This document shows, one piece after another, positions 39,764-50,388 of a stretch of 64,000 nucleotides of DNA. Position 1 is the stretch's first letter. The number at the start of each line of letters is the position of its first letter. Source of the stretch: Candidatus Hydrothermales bacterium (GTDB lineage: Bacteria > Hydrothermota > Hydrothermia > Hydrothermales > JAJRUZ01); contig JBCNUW010000002.1 in the NCBI GenBank assembly GCA_039630575.1, positions 6,529 to 70,528 on the forward strand. The letters run 5' to 3'. A program made the translations under genes and the position numbers. Under the pieces are notes generated by a model. That model saw only the letters and a list, made by a program, of their open reading frames with translations. It ran no database searches and was not told the origin of the DNA.

Positions 39764-40738
39764 ATGGTAAAAAAGAATATTGCTGAAGCTATAAGAAATG
39801 CTCTTGATATAATGCTTTCGGAAGATGAGAGAGTTTTAGTGTTTGGTGAAGATGTTGGGAAAAAAGGCGGAGTTTTTACTGTTACAGAAGGACTACAAGA
39901 AAAATATGGTGAACAAAGGGTTTTTGATACCCCTCTTGACGAAAATGGTATTTTAGGAATGGCAAAAGGGCTTGCATTGTATGGTTTAAGACCAGTAGCT
40001 GAAATTCAATTTGTAGATTTTATTTGGCCAGGCTTTGATGTTATTATGTCAGATATTTCAAAAGAAAGATTTAGATCCGGTGGACAGTTTTCCTGTCCAC
40101 TTGTCATAAGAGCTCCCTACGGAGGTGGTGTCAGAGGTGGCCTATATCACTCCCAAAGTCCAGAGGCAATCTTTGCACATATACCAGGTTTAAAAATTGT
40201 TATTCCCTCTAATCCTTATGATGCAAAGGGACTCCTTATATCAGCAATTGAAGATGAGGATCCAATTATTTTTCTTGAACCCAAAAAAATATACTTTGCC
40301 TTTAGAGAAGAGATACCTGAAGAAAAATATTTTGTTCCAATAGGAAAAGCAAAAATATTAAAGGAAGGAAAGGACATTACGCTTATAAGCTATGGATACA
40401 TGATTCATGAATGTAAAAAAGCAATTGAAGAACTTGAGAAAGAGGGAATATCTTGTGAACTCGTTGATTTAAGAACAATCACTCCTTTTGATGGAGAAAC
40501 AATACTAAATTCTGTTGCAAAAACTGGAAAGGTAATTATTGTAGTTGAGGCACCAAAAATAAATTCATTTGCCTCAGAGCTCTCAGCCTTTATTTCAGAG
40601 AGAGCAATATATTATATTGATGCACCAATTTTAAGAGTAACAGGATGGGATACCCCCTTCCCATACATACTAGAACACTTATATTTACCTTCATATAAAA
40701 GGATAATCTTAAAAGCAAAAAAAATTTTGGAGGTCTAA
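39764..40738 (+). CDS. pdhB: 2-oxoacid dehydrogenase E1 component beta subunit
   Basis: The track ORF begins at 39719 inside E1alpha. The ATG at 39764 lies 1 nt after the E1alpha stop and follows a 'GGAGGG' RBS, giving 'MVKKNIAEAIRNALD..', a typical E1beta N-terminus. This is a transketolase-like fold. Confidence 0.85.
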   Translation: MVKKNIAEAIRNALDIMLSEDERVLVFGEDVGKKGGVFTVTEGLQEKYGEQRVFDTPLDENGILGMAKGLALYGLRPVAEIQFVDFIWPGFDVIMSDISKERFRSGGQFSCPLVIRAPYGGGVRGGLYHSQSPEAIFAHIPGLKIVIPSNPYDAKGLLISAIEDEDPIIFLEPKKIYFAFREEIPEEKYFVPIGKAKILKEGKDITLISYGYMIHECKKAIEELEKEGISCELVDLRTITPFDGETILNSVAKTGKVIIVVEAPKINSFASELSAFISERAIYYIDAPILRVTGWDTPFPYILEHLYLPSYKRIILKAKKILEV

Positions 40739-40740
40739 AA

Positions 40741-41949
40741 ATGCCATTTATACTGAAATTACCTGAAATAGCCGAAAGTGTCGTTGAAGGAGAAATCTTA
40801 AAATGGCTAAAAAAAGAAGGTGAATATGTGAAAAAGAATGAGCCAATAGTAGAAATTGAAACTCAAAAAGTAACAGTAGAAATACCATCACCTTATGAGG
40901 GTATTCTATATAAAATACTTGAAAAAGAAGGAAATATTGTAGAGGTTGGAAAACCCATTGCAATCTTAACAGAAGAAGGAGAAAAAGTTGAAGAAAAAAT
41001 TGAATTAACATCACCCCCAAAATTGGTTGAAATTAAAGAAAAAGAAGAGAAAATTGAAGCTCAAGAAATTGAGATAAAGGTAAAGGATAAAGTCCTAGCA
41101 TCACCATCAGCAAGAAAACTTGCAAGAGACTATGGGATTGATCTATCTAAATTTTCTTTTGAGAAAAAGGTAATAAGAAAAAAAGATGTCCTAACAATTA
41201 TTGAAAAAATAGAGAAGGAAAAAAGAACTAAAGAGGAAAAAAAAGAAGTAGAAGTGATTCCTCTAAAAGGTATAAGAAGAGAAATTGCTTTTAGATTAAG
41301 AGAGTCCAAGGCAAAAGCAGTGCATACACTTCATGTTGACGAAGCTGATTTAACAGAACTTGTAAAACTTAGAGAAAAGATGAAAAGTCTAGCTCAGGAT
41401 CAGGGAGTTAAACTTACTTTTTTACCTTTTGTAATCAAAGCTTCAGTTTATACTCTTAAAAGATATCCATATGTTAATGCTACTTTTGACGATGAAAAAA
41501 ACGAAATAATTTTACATAGAAGTTATAATATAGGAATAGCTGTAGCAACTGATGAGGGTCTTGTAGTTCCTGTCATCAAAAAAGCAGATCAAAAAAGTCT
41601 CATAGAAATTGCAAAAGAAATCTCTATGTTATCAGATAAAGCAAAAAAAAGAGAATTAACTTTAGAGAATGTTCAAGGAGGAACTTTCTCAATCACAAAT
41701 ATTGGCTCTATTGGTGGTCTTTTTTCTTTTCCTGTAATAAATTATCCACAAGTTGCTATTCTTGGATTTCACTCAATTAAAAAAAGACCCGTCATTAATG
41801 AAAGAGGTGAGATTGCTGTAAGAGATATGGTTTATCTATCTCTTTCTTTTGATCATAGAGTTTTAGATGGAGCAATTGCAGCACTTTTTATGAAAGACTT
41901 AATAAATTACTTAGAAAAACCTGAACTTTTATTTCTTGAAAGTATATAA
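40741..41949 (+). CDS. Dihydrolipoamide acyltransferase E2 (single lipoyl domain + catalytic domain)
   Basis: The 402 aa product has a lipoyl domain 'IVEIETQKVTVEIPSPYEG'. Its catalytic domain has 'LSLSFDHRVLDGA' (DHR motif). Confidence 0.85.
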   Translation: MPFILKLPEIAESVVEGEILKWLKKEGEYVKKNEPIVEIETQKVTVEIPSPYEGILYKILEKEGNIVEVGKPIAILTEEGEKVEEKIELTSPPKLVEIKEKEEKIEAQEIEIKVKDKVLASPSARKLARDYGIDLSKFSFEKKVIRKKDVLTIIEKIEKEKRTKEEKKEVEVIPLKGIRREIAFRLRESKAKAVHTLHVDEADLTELVKLREKMKSLAQDQGVKLTFLPFVIKASVYTLKRYPYVNATFDDEKNEIILHRSYNIGIAVATDEGLVVPVIKKADQKSLIEIAKEISMLSDKAKKRELTLENVQGGTFSITNIGSIGGLFSFPVINYPQVAILGFHSIKKRPVINERGEIAVRDMVYLSLSFDHRVLDGAIAALFMKDLINYLEKPELLFLESI

Positions 41950-41983
41950 GAGGTTATTTTAAAATAAAAAGCTACTTTTTAAA

Positions 41984-43384
41984 ATGAGGTACAAAGCTAT
42001 TGTGATCGGTGCAGGACCAGGAGGTTATGTTTGTGCAATAAGACTCGGGCAACTTGGAATAAAAAGCCTTGTTATTGATAAAAAGTATGTAGGAGGTGTA
42101 TGTCTCAATGTGGGGTGTATACCCACTAAGGCGCTTATATTTGCTTCTCATATTGTTGAGGCAAATGAAAAGGCTAAAAAAGAGATGGGTTTAATTACAA
42201 CTGAATTAAAGTATGATTTAGAGAGATTAAGAGAGTGGAAAGAGAAGATTGTAAACAGATTAACAAATGGGATTTTAAGCCTATGGAAACATAATAATGT
42301 AGATTTTATTAAGGGAGAAGCAATTTTTGAGAGTGAAAAGAGAGTAAAAGTTAAGACTGAAAGTGGAGAAATAAGGGAATTTGAAGGAGATAGCATAGTA
42401 ATAGCAAGCGGCTCTGATCCGACTATTCTAAAAGGTTTTGAGCCTGACGGAAAATATATTTGGACAAGCGATGATGCCGTATCCCTAAAGGAAATTCCCC
42501 AAAAAATTCTTATTCTGGGTGGAGGAGCAATTGGACTTGAATTTGCCTATGTGTATAAAAATTTCGGTAGCGATGTTGAGGTCATAGAACTGATGGATCA
42601 GATTCTACCCGGAATGGACAAAGAGATGGCACAAGAACTCACTAAAATACTAAAAAGAAAAGGAATTAAAATTTATACTGAAAGAAGAGCTAAAGAAGTC
42701 TCAATAAAAAATGGAAAAATTAGTTTATTAGTAGAATTTAAAGATAAAGAGGAAATTTACGAGGGGAACGTTTTACTTATATCTGTTGGAAGAAAACCCA
42801 ATTCTAAAATTGAGGGTATAAATAAATTAGATTTAAAGATTGATCAAAAGGGATTTATTAAAGTTGATAAGAAGAGAAGAGCAAACGATAGAGGAATATT
42901 TGCTATAGGTGATGTTGCTGAACCACCTCTTCTTGCTCACAAAGCTTCGAAGGAGGGAATAGTAGCTGCCGAAGTAATAGCAGGGCTTAATTCAGAATTT
43001 GACCCAAAAGCAATTCCTTTGGTGGTTTACACAATTCCTGAATTTGCCTCTGTTGGTATGACTGAGGAAGATGCAAAAGCTAAAGGAATTGACATATCAG
43101 TTGGTAGGTTCCCCTTAGTAGCAAATGGGAGAGCTTTAACTCAAAATGAAAATATGGGGCTTGCTAAGATTATAGTTAATAAAGAAAATGATGAAGTTTT
43201 AGGAGTACATATTATCTCTCCTGAGGCATCGTCAATGATTTGTGAGGCAGCACTGGCAATTGAAATGGGAGCAACCTCAGAAGATATAGCTCTTACAGTT
43301 CATCCTCACCCTACTTTCGGTGAAATTTTAATGGAAGCAGCTGAAAATGTCTATAAAAAAGCTATTCACATTATAAATAAGTAG
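41984..43384 (+). CDS. lpdA: Dihydrolipoyl dehydrogenase E3
   Basis: The 466 aa product has 'GGVCLNVGCIPTK' (redox disulfide) and 'HPHPTFGE' (dimer-interface His). Confidence 0.9.
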   Translation: MRYKAIVIGAGPGGYVCAIRLGQLGIKSLVIDKKYVGGVCLNVGCIPTKALIFASHIVEANEKAKKEMGLITTELKYDLERLREWKEKIVNRLTNGILSLWKHNNVDFIKGEAIFESEKRVKVKTESGEIREFEGDSIVIASGSDPTILKGFEPDGKYIWTSDDAVSLKEIPQKILILGGGAIGLEFAYVYKNFGSDVEVIELMDQILPGMDKEMAQELTKILKRKGIKIYTERRAKEVSIKNGKISLLVEFKDKEEIYEGNVLLISVGRKPNSKIEGINKLDLKIDQKGFIKVDKKRRANDRGIFAIGDVAEPPLLAHKASKEGIVAAEVIAGLNSEFDPKAIPLVVYTIPEFASVGMTEEDAKAKGIDISVGRFPLVANGRALTQNENMGLAKIIVNKENDEVLGVHIISPEASSMICEAALAIEMGATSEDIALTVHPHPTFGEILMEAAENVYKKAIHIINK

Positions 43385-43393
43385 AATTTTCCT

Positions 43394-43792
43394 ATGGAGG
43401 TCATAACGATACAAACAAGAGAAAGAGAACAGTATATAGAAATAACAGATGAAATAAGAAAAATTATTAAGAATAAAAAGTTGGATAAAGGTATAGTATT
43501 TCTTTATGTCCCCCATACAACATGTGGAATAACTGTTAACGAAAGTTATGATCCTTCTGTTGCTCAGGATATATTACACATGCTTCATTTAGTAGCACCT
43601 CCTAAAGGTCCCTATAGACATACAGAGGGAAATGCCGATGCCCATATAAAAACTACAATAACTGGAAGTAGTTTGTTTTTATTTGTTGATGATGGTGACC
43701 TTGTACTCGGTAAATGGCAAGGTGTGTTCCTTGCTGAATATGATGGTCCAAGAACAAGAAAAATATATTTAAAGTTTTTTAGTGAAGTTTGA
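43394..43792 (+). CDS. YjbQ/UPF0047 family (secondary thiamine-phosphate synthase) protein
   Basis: The 132 aa product has 'FLYVPHTTCGITVNESYDPSV...GNADAHIKTTITGSS'. Confidence 0.7.
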   Translation: MEVITIQTREREQYIEITDEIRKIIKNKKLDKGIVFLYVPHTTCGITVNESYDPSVAQDILHMLHLVAPPKGPYRHTEGNADAHIKTTITGSSLFLFVDDGDLVLGKWQGVFLAEYDGPRTRKIYLKFFSEV

Positions 43793-44634
43793 TGAAAAGA
43801 ATTTATAATCTCGGTGATTTTAAAATTATTCATCTTTCTTTTGGTACTTTTAAACTTGATGGTGGTGCAATGTTTGGGATTGTTCCGAAAGTCTTATGGT
43901 CAAAGAGCGCTAAATCTGATAAGAGAAATAGGATAACGCTTGGTTTAAATCCAATTTTAATTATGGGTAAAAACTTTAATGTGCTTGTCGATAATGGGAC
44001 TGGAAATAAATACTCTGAAAAAGAAATTGATATATATGGTATTAAGTTAAAAAGTGACCCTTTTAAACCTTATGGAATAAAAAAGGAAGATATAACCCAT
44101 GTAATTTTAACTCATCTTCATTTCGATCATGCAGGTGGTTCAACAGAATATATAAATGGAAATCTAAAAATAACATATCCTAACGCAACATATTTTGTCC
44201 AAAAAAAGGAGTTTGAAGATGCAATTAATCCAAATGAAAGAACAAAAGCCTCTTACAGAAGAGAGGATTTTGAGCCTCTTTATAATGAAAATAAGATCAA
44301 ACTTCTTGAAGGAGACACAGAAATTTTGAAAGGAATAAAGGTTATAAATACCGGGGGACACACGGAAGGACATCAAGTTGTATTGATAGAAAATAAAGGT
44401 GAAAAGGCGATTTATTTCGGTGATATCGTTCCGACAAGTTATCATATTCCTCTTCCTTACATTATGGGTTTTGACACTCATCCTCTTTTAAATCTTGAAA
44501 TTAGAAGAAAATATTATGATTTAGCTTCAAAAGAAAAATGGCTTTGTTTTTTTGAACATGATACAATTCCAAAAGCAGGTTTAATAAAAGAGATAGAGAA
44601 AGGAAAGTATATCTTTGAGGAAATAAGATCTTGA
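43789..44634 (+). CDS. MBL-fold metallo-hydrolase
   Basis: The 281 aa product has 'HVILTHLHFDHAGG' (HxHxDH). Confidence 0.75.
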   Translation: MMKRIYNLGDFKIIHLSFGTFKLDGGAMFGIVPKVLWSKSAKSDKRNRITLGLNPILIMGKNFNVLVDNGTGNKYSEKEIDIYGIKLKSDPFKPYGIKKEDITHVILTHLHFDHAGGSTEYINGNLKITYPNATYFVQKKEFEDAINPNERTKASYRREDFEPLYNENKIKLLEGDTEILKGIKVINTGGHTEGHQVVLIENKGEKAIYFGDIVPTSYHIPLPYIMGFDTHPLLNLEIRRKYYDLASKEKWLCFFEHDTIPKAGLIKEIEKGKYIFEEIRS

Positions 44635-45638
44635 TTGTTTTCATTTTAGGTGCAGGAAGATGGGGTACAGCACTTTCATATATTTGTCACTTTAATTTTA
44701 AAAAAATTTACCTTTGGGATATAGATAATTTCTTACTTGAGTCAATAAAAAAATATAAAAAAAACCCATATTTTTTTGAAAACTTTGTATATCCGAATAA
44801 TGTTGAAGTAGTTTTTGATTTAGAAAAAAATATAAATGAAGCTGATATTATTATATCTGCAGTTCCTACACAGACAGTAAGAGATGTATTTTTGAATCTT
44901 GAAAGGTACATAAAAAGTTCTAAAATATTTATTTCAGCCTCAAAGGGTCTTGAAATAAAAAAACTTGAAAGACCAAGTGAAATAATAAAAGAGGTTTTAA
45001 AAAGAAAAGTTAAAAAAATTTTTGTTCTTTCAGGACCAAACTTTGCTGAAGAAATAATAAAAAATGTTCCTTCCCTTTCAGTGCTTGCTGGAGATGGAGG
45101 CGATGATATAAAAAAACTTCAAAAATTACTTACGACTCCCTTTTTTAGAATCTATATTTCTCATGATTTAAAGGGTGTTGAATTGGGGGGAGCTCTAAAA
45201 AATGTGTATGCTATAGGAGCAGGAATACTTGATGGTCTTAATCTCGGATTCAATGCAAGAGCTGCCTTTTTAACTAGATCTTTAGTTGAAATGTCAAGAT
45301 TTGGAAAAATTATGGGTGCAAGATCTTATACCTTCTCTGGATTATCAGGACTTGGTGATTTACTTTTGACCTCTACTTCTGACCTTTCAAGAAACAGAAC
45401 CTTTGGACTTTTAATAGGTAAGGGGTTTAGCATCAAAGAAGCTCTTTCAAGAATAAAAACAGTTGAGGGTTTTTATACAATAAAGCCTTATGTGGAACTT
45501 GCAGAAATGAAAAAAATTTATGTCCCAATTGCAAAAAAACTTTTTGAGGTTCTTTATGATAACAAAAATTTAAAGGAAGCTATAAAAGAATTGATGGATA
45601 GACCTTTAAAGTATGAGGATGTTCCAGGTATCGTTTGA
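44631..45638 (+). CDS. gpsA: NAD(P)H-dependent glycerol-3-phosphate dehydrogenase
   Basis: The 335 aa product has 'FILGAGRWGTALS' and 'GLSGLGDLLLTSTS..SRNR'. Confidence 0.8.
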   Translation: MIVFILGAGRWGTALSYICHFNFKKIYLWDIDNFLLESIKKYKKNPYFFENFVYPNNVEVVFDLEKNINEADIIISAVPTQTVRDVFLNLERYIKSSKIFISASKGLEIKKLERPSEIIKEVLKRKVKKIFVLSGPNFAEEIIKNVPSLSVLAGDGGDDIKKLQKLLTTPFFRIYISHDLKGVELGGALKNVYAIGAGILDGLNLGFNARAAFLTRSLVEMSRFGKIMGARSYTFSGLSGLGDLLLTSTSDLSRNRTFGLLIGKGFSIKEALSRIKTVEGFYTIKPYVELAEMKKIYVPIAKKLFEVLYDNKNLKEAIKELMDRPLKYEDVPGIV

Positions 45639-46357
45639 TCATGCCGATTAAGGTAATTACCTTCGATTATTGGGACACTCTTGTTCCTATAGAAGAAAAT
45701 AAAATTGAGTTAATGAGAAAAGAAAGAGCTAAAAAAATTCAAGAATTTTTTAATAAAAAAGGAAGAAAATTTTCTTATGACGAAATATACAAAACATCAA
45801 AAAGAGTTTGGGAACTCTATAAGGAAAATCCTTTAATTAACAAGGAAGTAACACTTTATATAATGGTTGAAAAAATTTTGGAACATTTAAGTATTGAAAA
45901 GAAAGAGGATATAGTAAAAGAAATAGTTCAAATATATGAGGAATACCTTTATAAAGCAGGATTAAAAGTTGACTCTGAAGTTATAGATGTAATAAAGGAA
46001 TTAAAAAGTGAGAATTTTAAACTGGGAATAGTTTCAAATACACCAGGTGGCAATGTAGAGAGGAAAATTCTTGAAGACTACGGCATAGATAAATTTTTTG
46101 ACATAATGGTTTTTTCATCTATAGAGGGGATTAGAAAACCCCATCCGGAAATTTTTTTAAAGGTTGTAAATTTTTTCAATATAGAACCGGGAGAGCTTCT
46201 GCACATTGGAGACACTTTTGAATTAGATATTGAAGGCCCCTTAAAAATTGGTGCAAAAGCTATTCTCTGGGATCCAAAGAAAAAAAATTTAAACCCGGAT
46301 ATTAAAAGCATAAATAGTTGGAATGAACTTAAAAAGATAATTAATCAATATGCCTGA
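45635..46357 (+). CDS. HAD-superfamily hydrolase
   Basis: The 240 aa product has motif I '[10 protein letters not shown]' and motif IV '[12 protein letters not shown]'. Confidence 0.7.
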   Translation: MIMPIKVITFDYWDTLVPIEENKIELMRKERAKKIQEFFNKKGRKFSYDEIYKTSKRVWELYKENPLINKEVTLYIMVEKILEHLSIEKKEDIVKEIVQIYEEYLYKAGLKVDSEVIDVIKELKSENFKLGIVSNTPGGNVERKILEDYGIDKFFDIMVFSSIEGIRKPHPEIFLKVVNFFNIEPGELLHIGDTFELDIEGPLKIGAKAILWDPKKKNLNPDIKSINSWNELKKIINQYA

Positions 46358-48353
46358 ATTTAAACTAATAACTGATTTAGTTCCAAGAGGTGACCAACCT
46401 AAGGCTATTAGAGAGTTATTAGAGGGCCTTAATAGTGGTTTAAGACATCAAGTTCTTCTTGGTGTAACAGGAAGTGGAAAAACCTTTACAATAGCTAATG
46501 TGATAAAAGAGTGGAGAAGACCTACCTTAATAATTTCACATAATAAAACTTTAGCAGCTCAGCTGTATGGAGAATTAAAACAACTTTTTCCTCACAATGC
46601 TGTTGAATACTTTATTTCCTATTATGATTATTATCAGCCTGAAGCGTATATTCCTGAGACAGACACATACATTGAAAAAGATGCTTCAATAAACGAAGAT
46701 ATAGAAAGATTAAGATTAAGAGCAACATCCTCACTCCTTGAAAGGGATGATGTTATTGTGGTAGCTTCAGTTTCATGCATATATGGACTTGGAAATCCTG
46801 AGGAGGTTAAAAAACTTTATCTTATTTTAGAAAAAGGACAAAACATAGAAAGAGATGTTATCTTGAGGAGGTTAATAGATCTTTATTACACAAGAAATGA
46901 TTTTGAACTTGCAAGCGGAAGATTCAGAGTAAAGGGTGATGTTATTGAGCTTATTCCAGCGTATGAGAACTATTTGGTAAGAATCGAACTCTTTGACGAT
47001 TTTATTGAAAAGATAGAGTTAAAGGACAAAGTATCAGGAGCAACACTTCAGAGGAAAAATAGAATTGCAATTTATCCTGCCTCTCATTATGTAACAACAA
47101 GAGTTACTTTAGAAAATGCCTTATTTTCAATTGAAAAAGAACTTGAGGAAAGGCTAAAAGAATTAAGAGAACAAGGTAAATTGTTAGAGGCACAGAGGCT
47201 CGAGCAGCGAACAAGATTCGACATTGAAATGTTAAGAGAAATAGGCTATTGTCCAGGAATAGAAAATTACTCAAGACACCTTGATGGTAGGAAGCCTGGA
47301 GAAAGACCTAAATGTCTCATTGACTATTTTCCCCCAGAATTTTTGTGTATAATAGATGAAAGTCATGTAACAATACCCCAGTTAAAGGCAATGTATAGAG
47401 GAGACAGATCAAGAAAAGAGGTGCTTGTAGAGCATGGTTTTAGACTTCCATCAGCATTGGATAACAGACCACTTCAGTTTGAAGAATTTGAAGCTCTTCT
47501 TGATAGAGTTATATACATGTCAGCAACTCCTTCTGATTATGAAATTGAAAAATCAAAAGGAAGGGTGGTTGAAATGATTGTGAGACCAACGGGTTTAGTT
47601 GACCCTGAAATTGTAGTAAAACCAACGAGGAAACAAGTTGACGATCTTATGGAGGAGATTAGAAAAACAAAGGAAAGGGAGGAAAGGGTTTTAGTGACAA
47701 CGCTTACGAAGCGTATGGCTGAAGACCTTGCTGAGTATCTTTCTTTAGCTGGATTTAGAGTCAAATATCTTCATTCAGAGATTGATCCAATAGATAGGGT
47801 AGAAATTTTGAGAGATTTAAGACTTGGAAAATTTGATTGCCTTGTTGGTGTAAATCTTTTGAGAGAAGGACTTGACTTGCCTGAGGTTTCTCTTGTTGCA
47901 ATTTTAGATGCCGATAAAACTGGCTTTTTAAGAAGTGAAACCGCATTAATTCAGACAGCAGGAAGAGCAGCAAGAAACAAAGCTGGTAAGGTAATACTAT
48001 ATGCTGATGAGATAACTGAAGCCATGAAAAGAGCTATCTCAGAAACAGAAAGGAGAAGAAAAATACAGATTGAATATAATGAAAAACACGGGATAATACC
48101 AGAAACTATAAAGAAAACAAAAGAACAAATTTTGATGACAACTATTGTTGCAGATGAAAAAGTTGAGGTAAAAGAAGAGTATGAAAATGTTGAAAGGGAA
48201 ATTGAAGTTTTAAAAGCAAGTTTTGATAGAATAACACTTATTGAGGAATTAGAAAGAAGAATGAGGGAAGCTGCTGATCTTTTTGAATTTGAAAAAGCTG
48301 CAAAGTACAGAGATGCTTTGTTTGAACTAAGAAAAAAAGATTTATCAGGTTAA
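46350..48353 (+). CDS. uvrB: Excinuclease ABC subunit B
   Basis: The 667 aa product has 'RGDQPKAI', Walker A '[10 protein letters not shown]', a C-terminal UVR domain '[16 protein letters not shown]' and the beta-hairpin '[10 protein letters not shown]'. Confidence 0.95.
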   Translation: MPEFKLITDLVPRGDQPKAIRELLEGLNSGLRHQVLLGVTGSGKTFTIANVIKEWRRPTLIISHNKTLAAQLYGELKQLFPHNAVEYFISYYDYYQPEAYIPETDTYIEKDASINEDIERLRLRATSSLLERDDVIVVASVSCIYGLGNPEEVKKLYLILEKGQNIERDVILRRLIDLYYTRNDFELASGRFRVKGDVIELIPAYENYLVRIELFDDFIEKIELKDKVSGATLQRKNRIAIYPASHYVTTRVTLENALFSIEKELEERLKELREQGKLLEAQRLEQRTRFDIEMLREIGYCPGIENYSRHLDGRKPGERPKCLIDYFPPEFLCIIDESHVTIPQLKAMYRGDRSRKEVLVEHGFRLPSALDNRPLQFEEFEALLDRVIYMSATPSDYEIEKSKGRVVEMIVRPTGLVDPEIVVKPTRKQVDDLMEEIRKTKEREERVLVTTLTKRMAEDLAEYLSLAGFRVKYLHSEIDPIDRVEILRDLRLGKFDCLVGVNLLREGLDLPEVSLVAILDADKTGFLRSETALIQTAGRAARNKAGKVILYADEITEAMKRAISETERRRKIQIEYNEKHGIIPETIKKTKEQILMTTIVADEKVEVKEEYENVEREIEVLKASFDRITLIEELERRMREAADLFEFEKAAKYRDALFELRKKDLSG

Positions 48354-49346
48354 TTTAAACTTATAGAGATCTTTTTCTCTAACATAAAAAATAACATTTT
48401 TATGTTCAGGCTTTTTATTAGATATAATCTTTATTTCATCTTTTTTAAAATTTAAATTTATTTTATCAAAAACAATATCAACAAGTTCACATCTTAAAAG
48501 ATAGTATTCACCTAAAAAGTCGTAGCTATTTACTCTTACGTAGAATTCATAGTTTTTACCTTCTAATTTTGTAAAAGAGAATTTCTCCGGTCTAACACAA
48601 AGAATATAATTTTCTGATTCAATTTTATTAATTCCGTGAGATCCAAAAAAGTTAGCAACAAAAAAATTTTGTGGATTTTCATAAATTTCTTCTTGTGTTC
48701 CGATTTGCATTATTTCTCCTTTGTTTAATATGCATATTCTGTCAGCAAGTGTCATTGCTTCAATCTGATCATGTGTTACATAAATAGTAGTAATATTCAA
48801 ATTTTTTTGGAAATTTTTAAGTTCAAACCTCATTTCAGTTCTAAGTTTTGCATCAAGGTTGGAAAGAGGTTCATCCATAAGAAAAATTTTAGGATTTCTT
48901 ACAAGTGATCTTGCCAATGCCACTCTCTGTTGCTGTCCACCTGAAAGTTCTGACGGTTTTTTTGATAGAATATCCTCTATTTTTAAAAGCTCAGCAACCC
49001 ATTTTAGCCTTCTTTTTTGCTCTTCTTGTTTCATTTTTCTTATCACCAACGGAAAAAGAATATTCTCTGATACTGTCATATGAGGATAAAGGGCATAATT
49101 TTGAAAAACCATTGCTACATCCCTCTTAGCAGGATCTAAATTTGTTATGTCTATATCTTCAAGAATTACTTTACCTTTATCTGGCTTTAAAATTCCTGCA
49201 ATAATCTTTAACAGTGATGTCTTTCCACATCCAGATGGTCCTAAAATAACAAAAAATTCACCTTTTTTTACTTTTAAATTAATATTTTTTAGTATCTCCT
49301 CTTTTCTAAATTTTTTAGAAATATCTATGAGTTCAAGATAGTTCAC
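48345..49346 (-). CDS. ABC transporter ATP-binding protein, MalK/MsmX/UgpC-like with C-terminal TOBE-type domain
   Basis: The 333 aa product has Walker A 'GPSGCGKTS', signature '[15 protein letters not shown]' and Walker B '[12 protein letters not shown]'. Its convergent stop overlaps uvrB by 9 nt. Confidence 0.85.
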   Translation of the reverse strand: MNYLELIDISKKFRKEEILKNINLKVKKGEFFVILGPSGCGKTSLLKIIAGILKPDKGKVILEDIDITNLDPAKRDVAMVFQNYALYPHMTVSENILFPLVIRKMKQEEQKRRLKWVAELLKIEDILSKKPSELSGGQQQRVALARSLVRNPKIFLMDEPLSNLDAKLRTEMRFELKNFQKNLNITTIYVTHDQIEAMTLADRICILNKGEIMQIGTQEEIYENPQNFFVANFFGSHGINKIESENYILCVRPEKFSFTKLEGKNYEFYVRVNSYDFLGEYYLLRCELVDIVFDKINLNFKKDEIKIISNKKPEHKNVIFYVREKDLYKFKLT

Positions 49347-49348
49347 TT

Positions 49349-50332
49349 CTAATCAATTTTAATCACCTTTTTTGTAGAAGGCTTTATGTACACTCCTTTT
49401 TTATTCATTTTTAAATTTTTTCTTCCAGTTGCATCGTAAAAAGTTTTATCAATTTCTCTTTTTTTAATTACTAACTTAATCTTTTCATTTACATCCACGT
49501 AGAGTTTAGTTCTTTTAATAGGATTTGTTAAAGTAACAGGATTATTAGGGGAGTAACTAGAGAGTTCAGAAGCTTGTAAACTTGACTTTATGAAAGCAAG
49601 GTCATATAAATCAGGGTCAGCCCAGTTTGAAATTCCACCTCCACCAACATACCTAGCTGCAACTGTATCAACCTCTCTAAAAATTCCAAAATCTTCTAAT
49701 CCCATACCAAAGCATATCCAATAATCGTTATGATAAAGTTTAAGACTATCAATCTTTAAAGCTGCTTCATAAACATTATTTTGACAAGCAAATTGATGTC
49801 CTGTGTTGATATCAGAGTAATTATAGTCTAAAAGTCTGGCATTATACATAGAGAAAACACCTGAGAATTCCCATTCTCCTAATATCCTTACATCTGAGAA
49901 CTGAGGTGCAAATTTTGAATTCTGTAAAGTATTTGATGTGTCTATAGTAAAATAAGCAATAAAGGAAGGCCAGTCCTCATTACCACCAAAGGTATCACCT
50001 ACTATTATTAGAAAATAAAGAAAGGTATCAGTACTTGTTGCTCCTTCCGTAAATCTTAACTCTAAAAGGTCAGCTTCCTTTCCTTTAAATCGCGGAAAAC
50101 CAGAAAAGGAATCTGTGGGGTAAGTATAATCTCCATCTCCTATATCATCGTTAATTTCATCAATCCAAATGGCTTCATTTTTATCATAAATGTAACCCGG
50201 ATGCTCAATGTAAAAGAAGGTGTCTCTTTGTGTAATACCATGAAACATCCAATCAGAGAAGTCACCATCAATACTAATAATATGACCTCTTAAGATCAAA
50301 AAAGACAATGTAAATATAATTATCTTTCTCAT
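49349..50332 (-). CDS. Secreted protein with N-terminal 'IDGDFSDW' module and T9SS C-terminal sorting domain (hypothetical)
   Basis: The 327 aa product has a signal peptide and 'ISIDGDFSDWMFHG'. Its C-terminus is '..TFYDATGRKNLKMNKKGVYIKPSTKKVIKID'. Confidence 0.55.
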   Translation of the reverse strand: MRKIIIFTLSFLILRGHIISIDGDFSDWMFHGITQRDTFFYIEHPGYIYDKNEAIWIDEINDDIGDGDYTYPTDSFSGFPRFKGKEADLLELRFTEGATSTDTFLYFLIIVGDTFGGNEDWPSFIAYFTIDTSNTLQNSKFAPQFSDVRILGEWEFSGVFSMYNARLLDYNYSDINTGHQFACQNNVYEAALKIDSLKLYHNDYWICFGMGLEDFGIFREVDTVAARYVGGGGISNWADPDLYDLAFIKSSLQASELSSYSPNNPVTLTNPIKRTKLYVDVNEKIKLVIKKREIDKTFYDATGRKNLKMNKKGVYIKPSTKKVIKID

Positions 50333-50388
50333 ATATAAATTTTAAATTAAAATTATGAAAAAATTAAAATTGAAAGAAAATTTTGAAA

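Noticed and set aside
40748-41020. 90-aa minus-strand ORF antisense to E2
   Set aside because: It is a leucine/phenylalanine-rich antisense artefact of the Lys/Glu-rich E2 linker region.
48345-48353. Convergent 9-nt overlap of uvrB and ABC ATPase stops as a regulatory feature
   Set aside because: This is common in compact genomes and there is no hairpin-forming GC-rich sequence. It is not considered meaningful.
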